In this document: piece by piece, positions 39,633 through 53,862 of the stretch | Layout of the letters: every line of letters starts with the position of its first letter | How positions within the stretch are numbered: the first letter of the stretch is position 1 | Assembly: GCF_001194135.2 (NCBI RefSeq) | Contig: NC_068989.1 | Span: 94,691,223-94,755,222 of the forward strand | Direction: 5' to 3' | DNA length: 64,000 nt | Source of the DNA: Octopus bimaculoides | Taxonomy: Eukaryota | Translations under genes and position numbers: made by a program | Notes under the pieces: generated by a model | The model's input: only the letters and a program-made list of their open reading frames with translations | Told to the model about the DNA's origin: nothing | Database searches by the model: none

Positions 39633-40906
39633 CATATATATATTTATATATATAATTATATGCATTAGGTGTTGAAATGTGTTGTTGTATACTTACAGCT
39701 TCGTATCTGATAACGCATAGACTTTTATAAGATATGCGATTATGAATTACATGAATAGAAGATTGGTAAACATTTAGATAATTATAGAATTTGAAATTGA
39801 TTACGTAAGAAGTTAAAACAACTTAAATTTTTGATGGAAAAGATTAATCTCATTATATTCCATTTGCTGAGAATTTTGGTTAAAATATAGACAGACTATA
39901 TTAAACATTAGAGAAAACATGATAAAGACATAAACTTCCAAGATGTACTTGGGTAAATATATTGGGAAAGATTTAGAACAGAATCAACAGAAAATATCCA
40001 TCGTGATTGCTGCCGAACATTGAATATATATTGTTTACAAGTCCCAAACTGGAAATTATTTTAAATCCTGAATAGTAAAGTTGCTAACCATGGGTTATAA
40101 ATAAATTTATTTCATTTGTATCTCTTTCTATGGAGAGATAAATACTGCAAATGAACAAAGACCGTGCACACTGACAGTTGTTAACTGAACAAACGATGTG
40201 CTGTTTATCAACTTATTTTGCGCATGATAAATACATTTCAACAAAGAATCCACGGATTTTGACAGTTTATTTTTCACTAATCTTGAAATATAGTATGTAA
40301 TGACTTTAGGGAAAGAATTACAGATACTATGTGACAGATGTAAAAGTTACTTAATGAGAAAAGCTCGTGCAAATATCTAGTCATATCCTTAATGCGATAA
40401 TGGTATCTTTCAAACTGAATACGTTGTAATGAAGTATTGTTTCTGAAGGACAAGTTACGGAAAGTTATCTCATAAAGCTGCACTTCATAAGATGGAGAAA
40501 AATAATATCAATACATCTGTTCGAAAATGTAATTATGTGCTTCAAAACTGCCAAATAATGAGAATTTGTGGGGTTTATTCTTGTTGTATTCTGCATGTCG
40601 AGATTGACGTTCTGATTTTCGTTGATAATAAAGATGATGCGAGAAGACATTGAAATTTACATTGTGAAATGCAGAATACTTATTGCGTAATCTTGCGATC
40701 AAATAAATTTCTATGAATCATTTTATCATAACGCGTATTGCTAGCTGATTTAAAGGCGTTGAGCCTAATTCAATATAGAAATAAATTCTCATTTCTCTTC
40801 AGTAGACATGTCAGAATAATATTTTAGAATGAAATGGGTTGTAACCTAAGACAATTTGCGTAACATTCATACAGGTAAATTTCTTTTTGCATTGTATATT
40901 GAAATG

Positions 40907-40975
<69 letters not shown>

Positions 40976-43240
40976 CTGTGTACAGTTAGTGAGAAAAGGT
41001 GAAATTATATCCGATACAAACAAGCCCGAAATTCACGGTACGTTAGGGCTAACATTCTGTGAATCAATCATGCATTTACATTTTCACTGGCAGAATATGA
41101 CAGACAAATTGTTGCAAACCAATTTCTTAAGATATAATATTGGTGCAAAGATATAACAGAGACGAGAGCTAAATCCTATACATGTGGTATTTATAGTTAA
41201 TATAATGTGAAAATCGTAATTTATACACTAGCAGTAATTTTGTATTGAAATATATTATTAAGATAATAGACGATGTCGCAATAACTAACGTTATATAGCA
41301 GGTGTGTTGTGCCAAATAAGATACACGGTTAATCTTCATGCCTAATATGATTTCAGTTCTTCAATCGTTAGCGTTCAGATTTCAAATAGCAACGCTGTCA
41401 ACTCATATGTTAATCTCAATGCTGATAGTAATCCTAATCGATTAAGTATCAGGCAATTACAAGCATTGGTTTATTCAATTACATCCTGAAAATACGTGAT
41501 CAGTTGCTGCTAAATATTTATTGTTTCTTTTTCTTCTAAATATGTGTGCAAATTTAACGAGTATATTAGAGATGTACATTTAATCTGCAGCCAGAGAATG
41601 AAAAGCAGTATATACTGGTATCATAACAAAACTCTGTGAATACCATAATATATCACAAAACAATTCAATTACGTTAATTTGCTAACTGATTCATTACCGA
41701 ATTCTGCAACAAGCTCATCAATCCAGATGTTATCCTACTGCACAGATTTCTTACGCATATATTTAATAAGAGCTTTTTATTGAGCCATGCTTTGAACCAA
41801 GCTTTCGTGAACAGAAGCTATGGAAAGCCAATCGAAGAGATACATCTGTGTTTAGGTAGCTGACTGGAAGCGCCGTCCTATTTAACACCGTTACAGGCCG
41901 AAGCTGTAAACCCACTGGCCAAGGTTTCGACATCAAAATAACCCATGAGCCGTAGTTTGTTCCTCCATTTCTGAAGGTCAGCAGAAAATCATACATACTA
42001 CCGTTCACCATCAAATTAAGCTACAAAAATATATTATTATTAGTATGTCGTTTGATCAATAACTGGAATTATTACATAGTAAATTGGACCCTTCACCGTA
42101 GGATGGCAAAGAAAATAATTTCTCACTACAGCTGTCTGTCATAATGTATTATGTCAGTTTGCTTCTATCATGCTTCTATCAGTTTCTAAATATAAATCCG
42201 ACTTTCTATCTACTCTTCATAATCGGTTGTAGCGCATTACGAGGATGCATTCATATGCTAATTACAGAAAAGTCCTCCTGACTTATTTCTAAATATAAAT
42301 TCGAAGTTGCCTTCTCACTTCGTTTTTACTTCTCCCAGATATTTATTGTTCAGAAAATTTAATTTGCATTATATTAAAATTCAAGTCATGTACATCTCTG
42401 TAAATAATGATGCTATAGAATATATTTTCTACTAAATATTTCATAAATATTTGCTCCATCAGAACCTCATAATATATCCTTTTCGGTATACAGACGAAAA
42501 TGGTTAATTCATATTTGATTTCAAACTTCTCACTTCCTTCACACCTCTTACTTCCTGTTAAGCCATTCATTGAAGTGAAAATATTCATTCATTTATTCCA
42601 ACCTAAACAATATTTTATATATATATATATATATATATTTAAGGAGCACATCCATGCTAAATCAGAATGGTCTTTTTCGAATCTGGGCCTAAATTTGATC
42701 GCTTAAATATAATTTTGTAACTTATTTACTCATAAGGTCCTCTATAAATTCGATTACAATATATATCCAACAAATTTACCATGTATTTTCTTGGTGTTAC
42801 AGTATGGCAAGATCTTTCAACGCAGTCCTTTCAATGTATTAAAAATTGCAAAGAGGTTTGTTCCTTTATTGCGAAGAAGTCAGTTCATGTAGTCAGTTTC
42901 TTCATGTCTTCAGTTTATTCAATAGAGAATTATTTTATATACTATCCAACTGTGTCTGTTAATGGAACATCAAAATCAGACTTCTCAGCCTCTGTAAAAC
43001 CGAAGGCCTTTTGGCTATGTAAAACAATATCACGTAATGTGTTTGTTTGCAAACAACTACTTACACGCATGCACATATACGCATATAAGCACAAACATAC
43101 ACAAGCGCCCACATACATGTACACGCACATATGAACATATGCATATGTGTGTGTGTATGTGTGTGCGCGCTTGTGTGTGAAACATATATACCTGTTTGTG
43201 TGATTTTTATGTTTGTATATTTATATAATCATATATCAAG

Positions 43241-43294
<54 letters not shown>

Positions 43295-46200
43295 GTGAGT
43301 ATACATTTATATATATGTTTAAAATCGCATACATACAAGCATACCTACCTACCTGTCTATCTATCTCTCCNNNNNNNNNNNNNNNNNNNNNNNNNNNNNN
43401 NNNNNNNNNNNNNNNNNNNNNNNNNNNNNNNNNNNNNNNNNNNNNNNNNNNNNNNNNNNNNNNNNNNNNNNNNNNNNNNNNNNNNNNNNNNNNNNNNNNN
43501 NNNNNNNNNNNNNNNNNNNNNNNNNNNNNNNNNNNNNNNNNNNNNNNNNNNNNNNNNNNNNNNNNNNNNNNNNNNNNNNNNNNNNNNNNNNNNNNNNNNN
43601 NNNNNNNNNNNNNNNNNNNNNNNNNNNNNNNNNNNNNNNNNNNNNNNNNNNNNNNNNNNNNNNNNNNNNNNNNNNNNNNNNNNNNNNNNNNNNNNNNNNN
43701 NNNNNNNNNNNNNNNNNNNNNNNNNNNNNNNNNNNNNNNNNNNNNNNNNNNNNNNNNNNNNNNNNNNNNNNNNNNNNNNNNNNNNNNNNTATATATATAT
43801 ATATATGCGCGCGTGTGTGTATGACAACGATATATGAGTTTAGGTGCTGTATTATATTCGAACATAATAATATTCTAATTTTGGCGTCTTGAAATTGCCT
43901 GCTCATAATATTGTATCCCTTTGTGAGGGCTTCTGCAGCAAATACAGACAGATATAACACTATTTCGATTAATTCTATTTCTGGTTGGCTTAGGACAGCG
44001 CAAAAATGGCTAATTCACATTTACTTTAGCACCTTTCAATTCTTATTAAGACATTTCATTTCATTGAAGATTTTTATATATTTATTTCAATCTTTGCAGT
44101 TTTTTATTCAATGATCTAAGATCCTTGACAAAGTTTTAAGTAGTTACCTTATCACGAAGATATATAACTAAACTGCAAATTTTATCTATATAAATGTTTT
44201 GATGTTCGTTTGATATTTTGAGATATTGCACTTCTATTCACAAAGTCATTGTGTCATTCTGAAAATAAGTGCCACACTAAACTTTATCTAAATACTAAGG
44301 AAGTATGTTCTCATTATTGAATAATTGCTTAATTTAAATAATAAGTCTAATCTTGTAACAGTGCATCTTACATTTAAAAAATAGAGTTTCAATTAATATC
44401 ATCTCTTTCGAAATAAATTAGTGTTCAAGAAATCTTGTTTTCTCATGGAGAAAACTACTAGTTTAAATCTGTCAATATGTCTGTCATTGAGTGCCAAATT
44501 TACACGATTTTAACAAAATTAAAACCTATCTATGTTTTACATATTTTAAAGTAAATGATCGGGAAATTCATGGAAACAAGAACACACTTATGATTCCACA
44601 CACATAAACAAACACACAGGCACACACGTGAAAGGAATACATCTATGTTCACACAGTCATCGATCTCTACTGTTTCTCTTCACTGTCCAATGATTTTTGT
44701 GAAATATCTTAGTGAAAATAAAATTAATTCATTAGGCGATCAACTCAAGTCACAAAAAACATTACAAATGTTTTTTTTTATTTTTTTACTAATGCAACAC
44801 TTTAACTATATCAGTAAAGTATCAACACGTAGTATACGTAGTTAATGAGCGTAACTGCAAGACGAGAAGATAGCAAACATGTATAATTTGCGAGTAAATG
44901 GGTACATTTAACGACTGAGCTTAATCAATTAATTTTCTTGGTCACCAAAAATCAACAGCGATGATAATTTAGTGGTATTTTCATTCAAAGCATCAAAATA
45001 ATAGACAGAATTCAACTTCCAAAATGCTACCAAAGTATGAGTGATCTGTCAATTGATTTCATGCAACATGCGAAATAGATTATACCATAATTCAACGTGA
45101 ACATATCTTTTAATTACATGTAATTGAAAGTTAGGAGTAAAATACATTATATATTATACCAAGGAAATTCAGCGTAAATGCAATTATAAAATGAACGGAA
45201 TAAATGTAGAATTTCTTAAGACAAAAACTGGTCACTTTAAGTTTCTCTTTTGTCCTTGTTTTTTATGCTTAAAGAAATGTTGAAATCATTAATATATATC
45301 TGTTGTGGTAAACGCTGTAAGCGAAGAAGAATTCGATCAAATTATTCTAGTATCCACTTTTCGATTTCCATTTGAATACGCTGTATTTGACTTATGCTAC
45401 CAATTCATTTACAGAATAGATGAACTCACCGCTGGTTTAATTGATTTGAGTCGAATCAACTCTGTTCAACTCATAGAAATTGTCTATGAATTTAACGATA
45501 CAGAGAACAGTACAAGTTTGCCAGGAACAAAACTATTTGGGAATTGATTGTTAAAATCAATAAAGAGGAAATGAAAATATTCTTTTATTTTGCGTTAGCT
45601 GAAGATCCCGTAATTGTGAATAAAGGGTCCAATTTATAAAATACAGCTCTGTGTGACCTGTTTTTATGTTTGCGTGGCAGGAATTCAGACTTTCAAAGCT
45701 GACTACAACATATGGTATCAAAGGAAGAAAGTTGAAATTACATAACGTTAATAATGTTAATCAAACTCAAGAAAAAGCAGCAGAAATGAATATAAATATA
45801 ATAAATAGTAACACAATGATTATATGAATACCAGTTGTATATTTGAGAAAGATATCAGTGATACAACAACATTTATTTTTTTAAAAACTGATATTAAATG
45901 AAAGGAAACGTAGCGATTACAACAACTACAACAAATAATAAAAGATAATTTAAGGGTTTTACTCAGAGGATGTATTCTTTAATAAGAACGAAAATATTAC
46001 GGGATATATTTTGAAATTGTTGTTGAGTGCTAACTTAGGGAGGCAAACATGGCTTTTAGTTCGTTAGGTATTGGATTAATTCAATCCTTTGCATATACTT
46101 GTATGAGAAACATTGTGTGTATGTATATACATATATATNNNNNNNNNNNNNNNNNNNNNNNNNNNNNNNNNNNNNNNNNNNNNNNNNNNNNNNNNNNNNN

Positions 46201-47729
46201 NNNNNNNNNNNNNNNNNNNNNNNNNNNNNNNNNNNNNNNNNNNNNNNNNNNNNNNNNNNNNNNNNNNNNNNNNNNNNNNNNNNNNNNNNNNNNNNNNNNN
46301 NNNNNNNNNNNNNNNNNNNNNNNNNNNNNNNNNNNNNNNNNNNNNNNNNNNNNNNNNNNTATATATATATAATTATATCAGTCTTTAAAATTTATTTATG
46401 TTTTTTCTCCCCGACTCGTTTCAGCTATGAATTTAGTTTGCTTTCTCTGGTGCTGCAGCATAACTTCTTGCTATTTCCATAGTTTTATGCTAGATGTGTC
46501 TTGGTGAAATAAGAACTTTGATTTTTTTTCTGTAACTACTTTCACTTTCGCTTTTAAGATCTCACCACTTGTAATCGATTTAACTTCCTCGGATACTGCA
46601 GTCAGTGACGTAATGGTTGATTACGTTTATTGTTTGACTAGTCACATGAGAACTGATTTTATTCCTTGAAATAACAAGATGCATAGCAAAAGAACGACAA
46701 AGGAGAGTCACTGCCAAAGTAAAATTAACAAAAAAAGAGAAGTAACTGTCGAGAAACAGAATACTTGAGAGAAACAGAAGCTTTTCACGAGTGTAAAACC
46801 TACGAACAACATAGCTTTATCGTTTTGTTTCTCTTCCAAATAACATAAAGAGAAAAAAAAGAAGAATATATGACTGCATTCAGATAGGAATAAAAATTTC
46901 AGGAAGCGTTGAGAGGGAAGGACTGAGACACACGACATGAGCGCGCACACACACACATATTTATATATATATCTNNNNNNNNNNTATATATATATATACA
47001 TATATATATTATATATATATATACATATGGATATGTGTGTGTGTATTATGTGTATGTATAACAGAGAGACAGAGAAAGAAAGAGAGAATGAAAGAAACAA
47101 CGAAAGGAACGCACAAACAAAAGAAATGAAAATAGATAAAGTGAACAGGAACTAACAAAAAAAAAGTAAAGCAATGTGATTTGGTATCGTATAGAAAATT
47201 ACTAGACATGAGCTGCGGAGGTTATTAACATTTCTGTTGTAGTCCCTAGAAGAAAGTAATTTAGATGACACGGATACTAATGGCGAGCAGCAGAATTTTA
47301 TTCGCTTTTCTTAATATATACATTTAGGAGGGGTTTTTTTTTACTTGTTTTACAAATTATTTTTACCGTATTCTATAATCCCTTACCATTTTCCTTTGAA
47401 CTGAAATATTGATCGAAAACGTTCCAGTGGCAACTGTGCTGGCTTTCATTTTCCAGATACAGCATGGCTTGGACTGTATAATGCTGGATTCTTTTGTGAA
47501 ACGGTAGGGATTTATTTCAGGGAGATGTGTCTGTTAATTTCACTAGAAACAGTGATCAATCATAGCGGCTCAAAACTTTGAAATATATTTCTTCAGATAA
47601 ATAACGTCACAACGTTGGTTAGACTTCTTCACAGCGTTTGTTTCAAATGTCTACTTTCGCTGTTCAAATGCCGCCGATCCACCTATGAATTTCATCATTT
47701 TACTGCCTCGACGTCGATAAAAGAATAAT

Positions 47730-48348
47730 TACCGGTCTTCTGTATCTGTCTTGACTTCCACATCTCTTGCAAACTGACGGCACATTTTCTTTGGTTACAC
47801 AATTTTCAGTCCTGATGAGGCCTGTCTTCTTTCTGCGTTTCAACAATGGCTCCACGGCATTTTTTAATATACTACCCTAGGCTGTTTTCCTCTGTATCGA
47901 TACAGTCCTGGCATCTGATCAAACCTCCCCATTCTTTCTTCTGGACAAGTACAGCCTGTCGGTGTCACTCTTAGGGTGGAAGGCTCCGTGTATTCTCAAC
48001 ATTCTTTTGGTCTTGGTATCCATTTTTTCACCTCTCTCTTTTGCTATTTTATAATTCCTACTACATACCAAAGTGATGCTATCGCCCACATGTTAACCGC
48101 TTGGATTTTATTCCATCCAGTCAATTTTGAGCGCAGCACCGACCTCAGTCTTAGGAAATACTCCATCCTCAGTTGTTCTTTCATTTCCTTTTCCATTATT
48201 TCGTTGAGCTCTAGTAAACCAAGGTATTTTGTATCCTTCCATTTCAATTTGTTTAATCAAATCCCTATTCAGTAATTCTACCTCTGCTAGGGACTGTACC
48301 TTGCCTCATTTTAGGTAGATTATTCCGCATTTCTTGAGTTCAAATTCC

Positions 48349-48349
<1 letters not shown>
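47730..48349 (-). mobile_element. Dong/R4-like LINE fragment abutting (TAA)n
   Basis: EFELKKCGIIYLK.GK, KYLGLLELNEIMEKEMKEQLRMEYFLRLRSVLRSKLTGWNKIQAVNMWAI, EWGGLI; (TAT)n tract at 48350-48409. Confidence 0.82.
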
Positions 48350-48394
<45 letters not shown>

Positions 48395-48479
48395 GCTATT
48401 ATTATTATTTTTTTTTTTTTTTTTTTAATATTATATACATAGTTATGCTTGAAAGTTTATTGAATTCAAAAGTGTTTAA

Positions 48480-49650
48480 TAAAGATAGAATCAGATACTA
48501 TATAACAATGGGCAAGCAGAAAAAATAGAATATTTTAATAATAAAAACAAAACATAAAAGTAAAATAAAATAAACTTACTTTATTAGAGTCTGTCACCCA
48601 TGAGAGTAATATTGAGTTAGACAAGTAAAGACAAATAAAAGACTATTAGTCAGAATATTAAACTTTTCAGCGTTCCAGAGAAAATACCGGAAATATATAT
48701 GGTGGAAAAAGATAATACTTCAGGTTAAAACCATAAATAAATAAGAAGGGAGTATATCCCTGCTTATAAGAATAAGGGCATAAAGCGGGGTCAATATACC
48801 AGGTTTTAATTAAAACTTATCTTTAAAATAATTTAAATAGGATTTCTTCAAAACCGGCAGCAGGAATTTATTATATAGCGGAAACTGGGAATATCGTGTA
48901 CAATGGACTAGTAATTAGATAGAGCTGGGCTATAGAATTATATAAGCTTATCGATAAATTAAAAATATAGCCAAAGTTATGGTCTATGCAGCAAAATGAA
49001 AAATTAAGGCATAGTAAGCTATTAGCATAAATAAAGAAGTAATGGGTTTGGTGGATTTACTTACGTAGAGAAAACACTGTAAATAAAATTATTATTATTA
49101 ACCCTTTAAGTCTTACTGTCCTATAAAAAGGATAGTAAATTAGAACATTAAATAAGCTATATCACATTGCCCCAGTGTCCTATTTATAGGACACCGAGTA
49201 TTTCTATTTCTACTTAAAGTAGAGTTTTAATAATTACTTTTTTTCATTTTAACCTATTTTCAATCATTTGTAAAAATTTTAAAGTAATATTCAGAATTTT
49301 AAGTACTATCGGATTTAATGGGTTAAGAGAGAAAGAAAATTCAAAAAGAGTTAGTTTAAGAAATATATCAATACTTAAACATTTAGCCAGAGGATAATTC
49401 AAGAAAGATACAATATAAATATATTAATATATTGTTATCTCCTATATTAATAAATCAATATAGAGCCAGTGGACGCGGGTAACAAATATATACTTTAGTC
49501 TAAACTATAATGTAGGTATGAAACACATGTATATGGATAGACAAATAAAAATTGATAGACAAGGGGAGGTAATAAACTAATAAATTACTGGAACCAAACC
49601 AAAAAAAAATATTGAAATTAATGAATGAGATTTAAAAAATGCTATTACTT
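48480..49650 (+). mobile_element. Very old L1/Tx1-like 3' fragment (tentative), interrupted by a piggyBac MITE
   Basis: A-rich plus strand; decayed ET.EY.VQW (zinc-finger-like ETxxH..C position) and IAKVMVYAAK segments; no open frame. Confidence 0.3.
49102..49322. mobile_element. piggyBac-type MITE (221 bp)
   Basis: TTAA|CCCTTTAAGTC ... GATTTAATGGG|TTAA (TSDs 49098-49101 and 49323-49326); internal palindrome GTGTCCTAT-TT-ATAGGACAC. Confidence 0.8.
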
Positions 49651-50574
49651 GACTACGCAATAACATACTATATCTTATGTTATTAAGTTATTTCATTTTA
49701 TTTTAAGCTTTTTGCATTTTCACCTCTATAGTATTTAATTATATTGCATAGACCCAAAAGAATCCACTTTTAACTATTGTCATTATTTTGATTGCATGCA
49801 CATTTAATCTTTAATTATAAGCTATTTTCTGGATTTCCCCCTTATTGGTAATTTAATTTGTACTTTATTTTTATTTTTTTATTTTTTATTTTTGTTTTAT
49901 TCCCTTATCAGTTTCCTAATACTAATTTACACACTTCTTATCTATAGCATTAGTATTGGTGCATAATACATTGTAATATATTGCAATTATACTCATATAC
50001 CTCCTTCCGCATTTTCTTTTATTTAACACCGTAGAAGGATATATTGTTCTATTCTTACTTGTATTATAACTCCAATAAATATACTCCCTTCCTCCCCTTT
50101 GTAAGGTTTATACCATGTTCTGTATATATAAATTTTATCAGTTAACGGTTTGGAGCTGTATACTCAACAAGCAGGAATATGAACACCTAATTGTATATAT
50201 TTAGCCAACTCTGATGAGATATGACTTTTGAATGGTTTTAATTATGGTAATTAATTTCTAAAGATCTGCAATCGAAACAACTGTCAGAGATGATGTATAA
50301 TTTTTAATTAATGAATAATTATTAATTATCTCTCTATTTTCTTATCTTCTTAAAATATATATAAACCACAGTTTATCTAGTTACCTTACAGTTGAATATT
50401 AATTATAATGTTCAACACTTTTTGAATAGGTAACTAAGAAGCATTTTCATTGGATTTTATCATCCCTTAATGAGGTATGTAACTTTTATTTGTGTGTGCG
50501 TATATATATATGTGTGCGTATATATATATGTGTGTGTGTATGTGTGTGTGTGTGGGTGTGTGTGTGAATGTGTG

Positions 50575-50712
50575 TGTGTGTATTCACGTCCCAGTAACTT
50601 AGAAGTTCAGCGAAAGTAACTTATAGAGTACGTACCAGGTTACAAAAAACAAGACGTTGCTCCAGTTCGGCATGGCCGCAGTCTCATGACTAAAACAAGT
50701 AAAAGATAAAAG
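50575..50712 (+). mobile_element. Degenerate CORE-like SINE tail
   Basis: CACGTCCCAGTAACTTAG..GCATGGCCGCAGTCTCATGACTAAAACAAGTAAAAGATAAAAG. Confidence 0.7.
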
Positions 50713-50749
50713 GCGGCGCATTTGCAATGCTTCTGTCGTTGTGTATTGT

Positions 50750-51349
50750 CCCAGCAGAGTTATACCAGAGCTGGTCCAGCAGAACCATATTTTGATGACC
50801 CTTATACCAGAGCTGGTCCAGCAGAACCATATTTTGATGACCCTTATACCAGAGCTGGTCCAGCAGAACCATATNNNNNNNNNNNNNNNNNNNNNNNNNN
50901 NNNNNNNNNNNNNNNNNNNNNNNNNNNNNNNNNNNNNNNNNNNNNNNNNNNNNNNNNNNNNNNNNNNNNNNNNNNNNNNNNNNNNNNNNNNNNNNNNNNN
51001 NNNNNNNNNNNNNNNNNNNNNNNNNNNNNNNNNNNNNNNNNNNNNNNNNNNNNNNNNNNNNNNNNNNNNNNNNNNNNNNNNNNNNNNNNNNNNNNNNNNN
51101 NNNNNNNNNNNNNNNNNNNNNNNNNNNNNNNNNNNNNNNNNNNNNNNNNNNNNNNNNNNNNNNNNNNNNNNNNNNNNNNNNNNNNNNNNNNNNNNNNTAC
51201 CAGAGCTGGTCCAGCAGAACCATATTTTGATGACCCTTATACCAGAGCTGGTCCAGCAGAACCATATTTTGATGACCCTTATACCAGAGCTGGTCCAGCA
51301 GAACCATATTTTGATGACCCTTATACTAGAGCTGGTCCAGCAGAGTTAT
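50750..51349. repeat. 42-bp tandem minisatellite spanning a gap (TTATACCAGAGCTGGTCCAGCAGAACCATATTTTGATGACCC)
   Basis: Near-identical units on both sides of the N run 50875-51197; no spacers. Confidence 0.95.
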
Positions 51350-51919
51350 AGTGTTGCAGCAGTCTTCCCGTAGCAGTTGTATGACTGACAATCTTCATTA
51401 GCCTTCTTCACTTATCCCTGTTGCAATACAGCATTACAACATGATCTCCTGATTTGTGTTTCATGTTTTCAAGTTCGTAAAGCATAATGCAGTAATCGTA
51501 TCTATCCTAAATATTTATGCTTCCTCATCTGTCTCCAAAAATTTATCCATGTTCCTACAGGAAAGCGACAAATGTGGTTGACGTTTTTCATAACTATCTC
51601 GCTTCTTTTTCGCTCTAAATATGTGTCGTGGATTTTAAAAATCGGCGTTATTTCAGAAATGATTAAAATGTTCATTAATTTTATCATTCTTAAACTGTCA
51701 ATGTAACCTATTTTCTTTCTCTTTTTTCTCTCTCACAATTATTGACAGATGAAAGGGAGAAAAATAAAAAAATAAAAACCCTGAGCTTTTTTATTGTGCG
51801 AAATGTCAGGCACTTGCTTTTGTGTTTCTGTGAGAGCTTTCACAAATATTTTCCTCAAATGGAATAAAAAGATGTACTCAAGATATATGTGCGTGTACAT
51901 ACATACATACAAGCACACT

Positions 51920-51959
<40 letters not shown>

Positions 51960-52779
51960 CATTGTATTGTCGTTGTGTGCGCGTGTGTGTAGGAGGCAAT
52001 GTGTACATATGAGCATATGAATGTAGTTTTCTGCATGTGATAATTCGATAATTAATGGAAAACTTTTGTGCAGCTTAAACAACTGAGAAATATAATTTAA
52101 TGATTCGTATAACAATTTTATATTCGTTTATTGCTACTTTATTGTTGTTTTTTTTAATTTCTAACTATAGTTTTCATTTGAAAATTGAACAGAAAGCAAA
52201 TAACATGAAGTTGTCTCAACATGTGCTTCTGTCAAACATTTTAAAATAAGAAACATTTCAAAATTGACTTCAAAATTCATAGAAATTTCTAAAATTGATT
52301 AGTTGTGTTTAATACACTAAAACGTTGGTCAAAATAAAATTCTAAATATCATTACGATAGCAAATATTAAAACAGACATGAAATAATCATATTTCGAAAC
52401 TTGATTAAAACTTGTTAAACATTTACTATCAATTATGATATAATTTATGAAAACTATATTTAATTATGTCTTTGGTTACGACTATAAACTTGCCAGTATT
52501 TAATCAGCGTCTCGTGTTTTCTCTTATATTAGACAGAAAACACTTAATAGAAAGCCAGCGATTTGGCGGAGTTGTTAGAGCTCCATATAAAATAAGATGT
52601 GATACTTAGCCTCTATACACTCCAAGTTCAAACCCTGCCATTCCACTTTACGCATTATCACTTCAAGGTCGACGAGTGTGTAGACCACAAGTTTCCTTTG
52701 TTTCGCACCGCTTACTCTTTGCCGAGCCCTTCATTCTCTGCCTCTTTAAAACGCTTTGTAGTCAGCATTTATTTTATTT

Positions 52780-53230
52780 GAGAGATTAGATGACAACGGA
52801 TCAATATTCGTGTTTTCTAATGCTTCCTTGTTCATAGAGAGAATTTGTCATCAGTCACTTTGTACACTTTAGTAGAAGTCATAATTATTGTTTTGGTGGT
52901 AGATGCGATTTCCTCTATTGGTACCTATGTTTTGAACATGTTCTTTATTACAGCTATTATTATCCAGATTGAAACTTTTAAATGTCCATACTAATTATAT
53001 CAGTTCTTTTCACTTCGACATTTCTCGACATCCGCTCTAGCATTATTTTGGTCAGAGATCAAACTGTCTATCAATGTACAGAACATTTCTCCCTTATCCC
53101 TGATAATTATAACTGGGAAGTGTTCCTAGATATTTTTTCTGTCTAGATGTTCTTCTTTGGTAGCAGGTACATTATAACGTGTTGTCTATTGCTTTCTTAA
53201 ACAGCAATCACATGTTTTGTTCTTGTTCGC
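52780..53230 (-). mobile_element. Decayed RTE-like RT fragment (tentative)
   Basis: Minus strand YLLPKK ... LTKIMLERM resembles the RT domain 1-2 region; many stops. Confidence 0.3.
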
Positions 53231-53757
53231 TGATACTTGATTAATGGAATTAATTTCACAATGTTTGCTTGTACAGAATGAAATTTAACAAATATTTTCA
53301 AACCCCGACCTCGGGTACGACAATTCCAGATTTTAACAGATTTACTCTTGATTAGTTTTGATGTTAATACAATGTAGACACAACGTGGAATCTTAGCATT
53401 TTCAAAACTGTCATTTCGACATGGTTTCAGTGTAATTTTAGCCTCATTTCATTCAGAAGTAAGCTATTTCCATGTCAGTCATACTGTTTATATAAACAAC
53501 TTTCATCCTGTGGAAGGATCTGGTTAAAATACTTTGTGTCATGTAAGTAAATATGAAAGAATTACAGTTTAAAAAATGTCTCGCTATTTCATGTTTTCTT
53601 GTGGGCTTATGGCCCCAGCATTGATTTGGAGTAAACACTGTAAGATATGATTAAGGCTTACGACAAATTACTCAATAATCTCTACACATATACACACATA
53701 ACACATACGTCGGCACCAAAATAGACAAACACACGCACATATGCATGCATATGTGCT

Positions 53758-53820
<63 letters not shown>

Positions 53821-53825
53821 GTATA

Positions 53826-53859
<34 letters not shown>

Positions 53860-53862
<3 letters not shown>

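Noticed and set aside
45305-45547. 80-aa ORF (..RIDELTAGLIDLSRINSVQLIE..) as a coding exon
   Set aside because: No recognisable domain and only a weak donor; similar ORF lengths arise by chance here.
47812-47830. Fourth hammerhead (CTGATGAGGCC)
   Set aside because: No closing stem II or GAAA; the bases are the antisense of a LINE coding segment (KTGLIRTE).
48480-50250. Nuclear mitochondrial insertion
   Set aside because: Stops persist under the invertebrate mitochondrial code and no mitochondrial protein motif was recognised; a decayed LINE fits better.
50750-51349. CRISPR array
   Set aside because: Units are contiguous with no unique spacers, no cas genes, and the context is eukaryotic.
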